From IMG/VR virus record IMGVR_UViG_3300030103_002567, positions 1-58,057 of that record: a stretch of 58,057 nt of DNA; one strand, 5' to 3'. This document shows, piece by piece, positions 26,501-33,876 of this stretch. Source of the stretch: a virus. Lineage: Duplodnaviria; Caudoviricetes. A model generated the notes under the pieces. The model made no database searches and was not told the origin of the DNA. It saw nothing but the letters and a program-made list of their open reading frames with translations. The translations under genes were made by a program, and so were the position numbers. The stretch's first letter is position 1. Each line of letters begins with the position of its first letter.

Positions 26501-28996
26501 ATTAAGATTGAAATATTCACGTCTAAATCTACTATGATTTTTGAGACTAGGCCGAAGGATATTAGCGACGAGTTATACTACGAGACTAGTCAGTGCTTTG
26601 ACATCATTGAAGATGCAGGCGACCTGTTTCATGCAGGTAATACGCAAAATCAAAGTGCATCACAAAAGGCTATATGCGACTTGACAGTATTTAATTGCTA
26701 CGCTTTCGGAAATGGAGCGGAGAGTTTCAGAGTGAGAGACCGAACTAGCACAAAAGAATTCCAAATAGGGGAGCGAGCGAACGCTGTGGCCAACCAAGAT
26801 TATAAGAACATACGACGATTCGCATCGCTAACCTATAGTGGCATATACAACGAAGACACTAACCTAAACAGGCTGAACGAGTTCAATCTGGGGCTTGCCA
26901 ACTTCAAGGACTTGGAGAAGATGTATGGTACAATAGAGGTTATTGATGGAAGGCAGACAGATATTCTTGTGTTGCAAGAAGACAGGGTGTCATATGTACT
27001 AGCTGGCAAGAACCTACTATCAGATGCTGCAGGGGGTGGAGATATTGCATCTATACCTGAAGTATTAGGAACTCAGATTGCAAGAATGGAGGAGTATGGC
27101 ATTAGCAAGAATCCTGAGAGTTACGATGTTTATGGGCCTGCTAAGTTCTTTACCGATGTTAAGAGAGGTTCTGTTATACAAATAAATGGCTCTTCATACA
27201 GTGACGAGCAAATGCTTATCTCATCTGAAAAGTTCATGACTGACTTCTTTAGAGATGAGTTCTCTACAATGGGTCAGTACACGCAGAAGCTTGGAGGTTA
27301 TGATGCCAATATTGATGAGTACATATTGTTTGCTAGCAAAAAAGCTTTACCAAGAGACCCTGTTATACAGCCTTGCGACTATGAGTACACAGAAGGAAGT
27401 GAACAGCCTGACTCAGCCAAGAGCCTAACCATAGACCTAGGCGAAGCAACAGGTACTGTTCAAGTAAACTTTGGCATAGACTCTATAGTTAGAAAGCAAA
27501 TGGAGGGCACTATCAAGTTGGCTTCTGAAAATAAAACTACAGGGCAGACAACGTCTACGAGTAATAACAAGCTCATAGATAATAACGCCACGTTTACATC
27601 CACTGTAGCGCCAGGAGACCAAGTGTTTAGAGGAAATGAATTGAGACCATACAATGTGAACTCTGTTGACTCCGACACTCAACTTACACTTAACGTATAC
27701 TCTAACAGTCAGTTCAAGGCCAACGAAAATTATATAATTAAGGGGGCTACAGAAGCTAAGACGGTTATAGACGAGTCTAAAGACTTCACTACACTTAGCG
27801 CTTCCTTGGCTAACTACAGGCTTAGAAATAAAACCAATGGCCAGGAGGTGGCTATAGATACAGTTGTGTCAGCCACTAAGATTGTTGTCCATGACCCTGT
27901 AATTACGGATGGTGTTGCTTACGATATTGTAGACACAACAAATGGAAGTGTCACTCCAACTATAACTTGGAATGGAGTTGTTCAGGGAGGAAGTGGAGCA
28001 GCTATATCTACTAGTAAAGCGTTCTCCTTTAACAAGACAACTAAAACGCCAACGGTAGCTGATTTAGACATTTCTGTTCCTGTAAACGACCTGGTTACAT
28101 ACAGGGTGTTTGTGCCTTGTCCTCAGAATGACCAAGTAGAGGTCAGGAGGTTTGTTATTACAACTCCTGCGCAGGCGGGGCTATTTACAGACTTTGGGCA
28201 TGGAACAGGAACAGGTGCAGATATCCCTTACAATGCCATAAACAGTGTTTTTGAGGTTGGCTCAAACAACATAGTTTCACACTATTCTGTTATTGAGGGA
28301 ACTAAAGGTGTAGACCCAGTACCTGATGATGGTGAGACTGTAACTATGGCGGTTCTAGAGCCACCATCTAATGGCAAACCATCAATATCATCTCCTCAGT
28401 TTAACTTTGTGCCTAATGGCATAGACCCTGCTCAGAATGGGCATAGAATGATGTTCTTGTTGTCTGCAACAGATTACAATGCAACGTCTAGTCAAGCAGA
28501 CCTGGTGGCGATGATGAGTGCCGCAGCCTCTGGAGGTGGGGTGACAGGTGGGGTATTGACACCATCTTCTTCCGCACTATTCTCAGGCACGACAGGCTCG
28601 TTTACTTATAACAACCCAACAAATCTTAAGCTGTATTTGATTTGGGATTTGAGAGACATATTTACCATGAGCTTAGGATTTAGTTCTAGCTCTGCATCAA
28701 ATGCGTGTATAGCTGGAGGCTCAACATATTATACTGACTCTAGGTACATTATACCTGGTAATACTCCTACTTCCATACCTGCTGGAGTTCAGTACAATCC
28801 TAGTAGGCTTGCTAAGAACATATGGACAAACACAGATTTGACAAGTGCGGCAGCTGATGGATTTTACAAGGATTTAGGTGTTACTCAACTTACAGGACAC
28901 GTTCTTGCTTTAGTACAGAATGGTGTATATTCGGATAGGAACATAGCTATGGCCCCTATAATTGATTCAAATAATACATCACTTTACGTATGCTAA
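23582..28996 (+). CDS. Tail muzzle/stabilization protein (P22 gp10-like / crAss muzzle-like) with inserted domains
   Basis: GYMNK...ILPKGEYSDATNV, LLFFTDNLNPPRKIN, FAYRYRYQDGEYSALS, GNRLIYGNY, LNEFN, YGISKNPES, FFTDVKRG. Confidence 0.75.
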   Translation: MKLIRSFEKGYMNKSFNNRILPKGEYSDATNVSVSSDDQAIGLVEEADGNKRLSAIRFNGVRASLFAECIGALTDDAEETIYWFVHDPGGVNAAGATAPALDYIVSYNMVELRLVYHVVSASVLNFSLKHRINGVDKIDDLLFFTDNLNPPRKINVNRNYAFPTGSPLVDVITQDDVNVIVKPPACAPGVVPFDNGSEENFMEDKFLSFAYRYRYQDGEYSALSAFSEVAFDARKFELEGGNYDNLGMLNKYNSARVTVDTGPSRVIGFDVVFKLSDSTIINVIERVDKNKSLIADNVDYTLTFDNSKIYTVLPTGEINRIFDNVPLTAKAQTIMGNRLIYGNYEEGRDLVDVDDQPISLDYNVELNSEQVNSDEVEGVTSSFTYTSLGGGSSTATATFSIPSSRLVSGTEMAFEIAYEGDSFAGTDAPSSNHPSSVINFSFKLHRDFSSVADLVLAPDGLSTATGTGSSGSHPIVAPIASGSCDSPLGTDRYNCDIRNNNPATHTLQGTGTSAVNQPLKLEYSGSDLKITILAVQRQNISTTNVSYEYMDITRATVDLSIGQAFRSLHSNRDYDVGIVYLDEYNRSSTVLISRANTVYIPPENSITKNTLKVNIPTTQKPPKWAKSYKFFVKPSGGAYETIYSNIFYQHPETKINYFKLEGNNQTKMADDETLIIKADASGPLDVLEEATVIDIEAQERNFLQDAGLAGTQFGGLYMAMDPGGFDTSTSIEVKTQGTIKKSTDKRGVVNDNYDIPGFDDVVTGSTVWESTPYVRYPLFNVTDSSGAPADPVQVENFNVPQGARVRIEFEFRRKQKTSNKGSKLYKFDREFVSNDDYNNLYDFWVGESISNYIDDPAQFDTSSNVPTRVEYFNTVADVATVDSRTTLEPKTFATPGDEEVLSYHGFGSNVSGFNITNILDDLERSADKNLIQFYRVPASIATNAPSEDVYWLAMRSGAMGYDGIRGGNKSVAKIKIEIFTSKSTMIFETRPKDISDELYYETSQCFDIIEDAGDLFHAGNTQNQSASQKAICDLTVFNCYAFGNGAESFRVRDRTSTKEFQIGERANAVANQDYKNIRRFASLTYSGIYNEDTNLNRLNEFNLGLANFKDLEKMYGTIEVIDGRQTDILVLQEDRVSYVLAGKNLLSDAAGGGDIASIPEVLGTQIARMEEYGISKNPESYDVYGPAKFFTDVKRGSVIQINGSSYSDEQMLISSEKFMTDFFRDEFSTMGQYTQKLGGYDANIDEYILFASKKALPRDPVIQPCDYEYTEGSEQPDSAKSLTIDLGEATGTVQVNFGIDSIVRKQMEGTIKLASENKTTGQTTSTSNNKLIDNNATFTSTVAPGDQVFRGNELRPYNVNSVDSDTQLTLNVYSNSQFKANENYIIKGATEAKTVIDESKDFTTLSASLANYRLRNKTNGQEVAIDTVVSATKIVVHDPVITDGVAYDIVDTTNGSVTPTITWNGVVQGGSGAAISTSKAFSFNKTTKTPTVADLDISVPVNDLVTYRVFVPCPQNDQVEVRRFVITTPAQAGLFTDFGHGTGTGADIPYNAINSVFEVGSNNIVSHYSVIEGTKGVDPVPDDGETVTMAVLEPPSNGKPSISSPQFNFVPNGIDPAQNGHRMMFLLSATDYNATSSQADLVAMMSAAASGGGVTGGVLTPSSSALFSGTTGSFTYNNPTNLKLYLIWDLRDIFTMSLGFSSSSASNACIAGGSTYYTDSRYIIPGNTPTSIPAGVQYNPSRLAKNIWTNTDLTSAAADGFYKDLGVTQLTGHVLALVQNGVYSDRNIAMAPIIDSNNTSLYVC

Positions 28997-29868
28997 TAAG
29001 AAAAGGAGACACAGGAGAAGAAGTAAGACAGATTCAGCGAGAACTCGACATTGAGGCTGATGGCATATTTGGCCCTGTAACGGAGGCTGAGGTCATGAGG
29101 TTTCAGCGAGAAGAAGATTTGGATGTCGATGGTATTGTAGGCCCTATAACATGGGCGATGCTGTTTGGCCTTACTACAGATAGGCAGGAGACAATAGGGG
29201 GCACTCACGATATAGTTATCAATAACCACTTTCTACCTAGAGGTGAATACTTGGATGGCCCTACAAAGAAGGAGTGGCTATTTATTCACCACACAGCAGG
29301 ATGGCAGAACCCATACAGAACTGTGAACAATTGGGCTAGAGATTCTAGGGGGCGAATTGCAACCGAGTTCCTTGTTGGAGGCCCATCAATATTCAATACA
29401 GATTTTGAGCACGACGGAGAGATTGTTAGATGTATTCCTGACGGTGGATATGCGTGGCATTTAGGAAAAAATGGGAAGCACAAAATGCATACAAACAGTG
29501 TAGGCATCGAGGTGTGCAACTTCGGATACCTAAAGAATGGCAAGACATACGCTGGGCATACTGTTCACGATGAACAGGTGGTTGAGCTTGACAAGCCATT
29601 CAAGGGATACAAGTTTTGGCATAAATACTCTGACGCTCAGATTGAGTCTCTTAGAGAGCTGATTCTTTATATAGCAGAGAGAGACAATATAAACGTCAGG
29701 GAGGGTCTTCCTGCCCTTATAAAAGAAAAAGGGGCTGATGCCTTCGAATGGAATCAGGACGCTTATTACGGGCTTGTTAAGGGCCTTTGGTCGCATTCTA
29801 ACACCAATAAGGGTAAGAGTGACATGTTCCCTCAAGAAGAATTACTAACCATGTTAACAGAACTATAA
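28990..29868 (+). CDS. N-acetylmuramoyl-L-alanine amidase (Amidase_2) with an N-terminal PG-binding domain (endolysin)
   Basis: DGIFGPVTE..V..FQ...L.VDGIVGP.TW (PG_binding_1); FIHHTAG, AWHLG, SVGIEVCN, WSH..KSD. Confidence 0.9.
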   Translation: MLIRKGDTGEEVRQIQRELDIEADGIFGPVTEAEVMRFQREEDLDVDGIVGPITWAMLFGLTTDRQETIGGTHDIVINNHFLPRGEYLDGPTKKEWLFIHHTAGWQNPYRTVNNWARDSRGRIATEFLVGGPSIFNTDFEHDGEIVRCIPDGGYAWHLGKNGKHKMHTNSVGIEVCNFGYLKNGKTYAGHTVHDEQVVELDKPFKGYKFWHKYSDAQIESLRELILYIAERDNINVREGLPALIKEKGADAFEWNQDAYYGLVKGLWSHSNTNKGKSDMFPQEELLTMLTEL

Positions 29869-30797
29869 TGCCATTTACAGCAGCATACTCGCCCAAGATA
29901 CAGGGATGGTCAACATTCTACTCATACAAGCCTGAAAAGGCCATAAGTATGAACAATGACTTCTTTACGTTTAAAGGAGGCAACCTGTACCTACACCACG
30001 ACAAGACCGTGAGGAGGGTTGATGATGCTGGGAATGTTACTGAAACTCAGTTTTCACCAAGTAAGTGCACATACTACGCTGAGCACCTAAACGAAGTATT
30101 TGTGAATCAACCTGCGGCTATAGACTTGCTGACTCCAGACCTAGGGTATGTTCAGGCTAGCATATCATCCACGTTTAATGATGGGCCGTTAGATAACAAG
30201 CTGTTTAAGACAATAGAGATAGAGGGCGACAGGCCATCACTAACGCTTACCACACAGGGTGACGTTGGGTTCGTTTCTGAGTACGTTACAAAAGAGAACA
30301 CACACTACGCATACATTAGGGGAGATGTAAGCGGGTCGTTTGACCTTAGATACACCAAAGGTGTGGGTGTTATTCCTCAGGACTCGGTGCTGCAATCTGG
30401 AGGGTATCCTCCGACGCAAACAGCCATAGAGACCTCTGGCTTGGAGCATATTTCAGCAACACATAGATACGTTTTCCCTCTTACTCACGAGTTTGATGGA
30501 ATGATAAATCAAGGATACTCAACAAGTGCAGCGGGAGGAGACCTTATTCATGGGCCTTTTGGTGTTTTTGGGCAGGTTGTTAACATCATAGATAGATTTG
30601 ACTTCAAGGCAATCGAAGTGGTAGAGCTAGACCCGTCGCAGCCTGGATTACTTCCAACAAATGGAGACTATCTTCGAGTTGTAAAAGACAATACTGTGGA
30701 ATCTTTAGGACTTAGAGGCACATATATGGACTTCACAATGGGATTTAGTGGGTCTATATTTACAATAGGGACTGAAGCTGTTAAGAGTTTCGCTTAA
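29868..30797 (+). CDS. Tail protein resembling the C-terminal part of muzzle/stabilization proteins
   Basis: GWSTFYSYKPE...NNDFFTFKGGNLYLH, FND.P..NK.FKTI..EG, ES.GLRG.YM. Confidence 0.6.
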   Translation: MPFTAAYSPKIQGWSTFYSYKPEKAISMNNDFFTFKGGNLYLHHDKTVRRVDDAGNVTETQFSPSKCTYYAEHLNEVFVNQPAAIDLLTPDLGYVQASISSTFNDGPLDNKLFKTIEIEGDRPSLTLTTQGDVGFVSEYVTKENTHYAYIRGDVSGSFDLRYTKGVGVIPQDSVLQSGGYPPTQTAIETSGLEHISATHRYVFPLTHEFDGMINQGYSTSAAGGDLIHGPFGVFGQVVNIIDRFDFKAIEVVELDPSQPGLLPTNGDYLRVVKDNTVESLGLRGTYMDFTMGFSGSIFTIGTEAVKSFA

Positions 30798-30829
30798 TTT
30801 TGGTATCTTTAATGGTAAAGTTATAGCCT

Positions 30830-31744
30830 ATGGACCCGTTTACACTTGCCGCAGGAGCGGTAAATATAGGAGGTATGATTGCTAGCACATTCGGTGCTAA
30901 AGCTCAGCAGAGAATAATCTCCAAAACCACCAAATCCCTAAAAGAAAGCGTTAAAGAACAAGAGTCATTAGCCAATATATTACGAACAGAAGAGCTAAGG
31001 ACTAGAACTGGCATTACTGATGAGGTTGCGGGTCGAATGTTAGCCGCTCAAGAAATGGGAACAAAAGGCCTCCAAGAGGCTGGAGCGAGAGCGGTGTTAG
31101 GGGGCGCAACTGCACAGGCTCAAGCCACTCTAGGCAATATGCTTGGGCTACGTCAGAATCTTATCGACCAGGAGCAGGCTAGACAGCAGGCTGTGGTTCA
31201 AGACAAGCAGAGAAGAGACCAAACTCTTGGAGCTATAGCTCAGCAGGAGGCAATAGGAGCTAGAGAGGCTCAAGCCGAAGCAGCAGCAGCCAAGGCTGGA
31301 ATGATTCAAAGCGCAGTAGGGGCGGGCTCTCAAATTGTTGGAGCAGCACTGAAAAATATACCGCTATATCAGAAGGGTCGCCAAGGTAGACTTGCTGAAA
31401 AAGCAATGACTAAGTTTGATGAAGCAGGAAGACCGCAAGAGGTTTTAGACGATTTGCAGTCTAGGGGGCTATATAGTCCTACAGCAGAGGGAGGATTTAA
31501 TCAAGCATCTTTCCTTGACGCTCTCAGCAAGACGGGCTCAAAGAAACTAAAAGAATTTCTTGACGCTGGAGAAGGTGATGCTCTAACTGGCCTTATAACA
31601 GGATATGGAGCGAAGGGTATTAATACATCTGATTTGTTTGGAGAGACTTCGGATGCTGAAGAAGGAGGAAAAGGTGATTTTGGGGAGTTCCTAAATGAAT
31701 TATACAAGCAATTTCAAGAAACAAAAACCGTAGGAGGAAGCTAA
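30830..31744 (+). CDS. Putative ejection (internal virion) protein 1
   Basis: MDPFTLAAGAVNIGG Gly/Ala-rich N-terminus and Q/A coiled coil; TATCTTTA box at 30804-30811. Confidence 0.6.
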   Translation: MDPFTLAAGAVNIGGMIASTFGAKAQQRIISKTTKSLKESVKEQESLANILRTEELRTRTGITDEVAGRMLAAQEMGTKGLQEAGARAVLGGATAQAQATLGNMLGLRQNLIDQEQARQQAVVQDKQRRDQTLGAIAQQEAIGAREAQAEAAAAKAGMIQSAVGAGSQIVGAALKNIPLYQKGRQGRLAEKAMTKFDEAGRPQEVLDDLQSRGLYSPTAEGGFNQASFLDALSKTGSKKLKEFLDAGEGDALTGLITGYGAKGINTSDLFGETSDAEEGGKGDFGEFLNELYKQFQETKTVGGS

Positions 31745-33876
31745 TGTCATATTACGGATATAAAAGAGGTACTACGCCAAGAGTAGACTATGGTGCGCTA
31801 GCTCAGCAGTTTAGCCTAGGGCTAATGCAGGAGAAAGCAAATAGAGACCAGCAGAAAGCTGACATTGCTAAGGCTCAGCGCAAGGAGTACGCCAACCTAG
31901 AGAGTAAATACTTAGGCCCTGAGCGTAGTTTGAATCAAGACATGATTAACGTGACTGAGCAGGCTAAGCAGGCATACCTTCAAAGTGTTCGCCTTATGCG
32001 TAGAGGGCTTATATCACCAAGTAATGCCAGAGTGGGTCAGCAAAGGCTAACAGACTCGTTTAAGCTTTTCGGTCAGAACTTCAAAATGAGAGCCGAGGAG
32101 TACGAGGAGATGGTTGTCAATAGAGAGGGAAGTATCAGCGATGACGTGATTCAAAATGAAAAGTTTCAGTTTGGAGACTCTAGGAAGTGGGTTCCTGTTG
32201 TCGATGGCTCTGACCTTACGAATATGCGAGTCGTACTTGCAAAGAGAGATGAAAATGGCAACCCAATACCTGGAACAGCCGTTGACATGGCATGGATGAA
32301 CAATCTAGGGAAAGACAAGCACGATGCGTTTGATATAGCAGAGGCAGCAGGGAAGATAGGAGAGTTATCTAGCACTATAAAGTCAATAAAAGAAAGCACA
32401 GCTATTCAAGTAACTGGCGGAGCGCAAGTGGTTATAACGTCTGAGGACTACTATAAGGTCGGAACAGATGTCAATGTATTTTTTGACGCTTATGAAAGCG
32501 CACTGAAAAATGAGCCAGGAGGGTTTGCGGCTCTTGAGGAGATAAGCCCAGACTTTTCAAACGGAACAGATTCATTAAGCACAGAGGCTATAGCATATTA
32601 CACTATGTACAAGGCCATAGAGGGCAAGTTCACTGAGTATGACGACAGAGATGTATCTCACATACTGGCTAATATTTCTGGCCTAAATTACACAGCCAAT
32701 ATGGACGTTTTTGACTCTAGAGATGAGGCTCAAGCGGCTTATGATGAGATGGCTAAAACAGATGAGACCCAAGCAGAAATTGAAAAGCTTGAGGCTGAGA
32801 TAGAGGAAAAAAGACAAGCCTCAAGAGCAGCACCATTCTTAGGAGCTGGCGTAGACATTTTGCAAAAAAGGTTAGATGGCTTAAGAGACGGTAGCATAAT
32901 GTTGCAAGACGCATTAGTCACTGAAATACAATATTACTACGACGACAAGGGCGATGTTCAGCCGCTTATCACCGACGACATGAAAGACATCGCCAAGATA
33001 GATTTCATTCAAAGAACTCAGGGTACAAAAAACTGGGTTCAGAGCGGAACTAAATTTATTAAGCCTAGTACCCGTGGTGGTAGCAGTAACCAAATATCAA
33101 CAAACATCCCAATGTTTACACACTGGGCGAACGCTCACCTAGGAACAACTCAGCAAATCACTGAAAGGGGGTTAAGTGGCCTTGGGTTAAACCTTAATGT
33201 AAATACGGCAAGAAGAGGTACTGATGGTACATTAACTCTAGGAGGCAAGGACTACGGTTACATATCAGGAACTGTTGAAGAGTTGACAGATATTATTATT
33301 GGAGAAATGAAGGCTGCTAAGCAGCTTACTCAAGGAGCAACAGATGATTGGGACAACGACGAGCCTGGTGTAAGAGAAAGATATCGACGTGTTATTAGGC
33401 AGGGGTTAGCTGATGGGACATTTAGCACTGACTTATCTAACTTAAATAGCTACTCTATTCAGCCTGCTGGCACAACTACGTCAGCTGTAGGCTCAGGAGG
33501 GGTTGGCGTTAGCACTAATCTCGTTGCATATGGCGGACCTTTCTCAAGTCAAGTTGGCTATATTGGGGCGTTTGCTGACATAGTCTCAGCCACAAGTCCT
33601 AATAATACTGCCAGAGCGACTCTTCAAAACCAGATTGAAAAATTTGGAGGCAACTTATTGCAGTGGGCAAATGGCGAAACAGGAACTATAAATTCATCTG
33701 GGCGCAGCATCGCTAACACAATAAAGTCTCAAACTAGCGTTCAATACGCAAGCGGTGGAGACATACTAGTAGTAAGAATTGGTGGGGACTCAATTCAGTT
33801 GAGAACGGATGATGCTAACCAAATGAAAGATGATTTCGAAGACTTTATGAATGGTGTTTTATCTAGAATACAATGA
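31744..33876 (+). CDS. Putative ejection (internal virion) protein 2 (710 aa)
   Basis: Helical/coiled-coil; lies between ejection protein 1 and the giant protein. Confidence 0.55.
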   Translation: MSYYGYKRGTTPRVDYGALAQQFSLGLMQEKANRDQQKADIAKAQRKEYANLESKYLGPERSLNQDMINVTEQAKQAYLQSVRLMRRGLISPSNARVGQQRLTDSFKLFGQNFKMRAEEYEEMVVNREGSISDDVIQNEKFQFGDSRKWVPVVDGSDLTNMRVVLAKRDENGNPIPGTAVDMAWMNNLGKDKHDAFDIAEAAGKIGELSSTIKSIKESTAIQVTGGAQVVITSEDYYKVGTDVNVFFDAYESALKNEPGGFAALEEISPDFSNGTDSLSTEAIAYYTMYKAIEGKFTEYDDRDVSHILANISGLNYTANMDVFDSRDEAQAAYDEMAKTDETQAEIEKLEAEIEEKRQASRAAPFLGAGVDILQKRLDGLRDGSIMLQDALVTEIQYYYDDKGDVQPLITDDMKDIAKIDFIQRTQGTKNWVQSGTKFIKPSTRGGSSNQISTNIPMFTHWANAHLGTTQQITERGLSGLGLNLNVNTARRGTDGTLTLGGKDYGYISGTVEELTDIIIGEMKAAKQLTQGATDDWDNDEPGVRERYRRVIRQGLADGTFSTDLSNLNSYSIQPAGTTTSAVGSGGVGVSTNLVAYGGPFSSQVGYIGAFADIVSATSPNNTARATLQNQIEKFGGNLLQWANGETGTINSSGRSIANTIKSQTSVQYASGGDILVVRIGGDSIQLRTDDANQMKDDFEDFMNGVLSRIQ

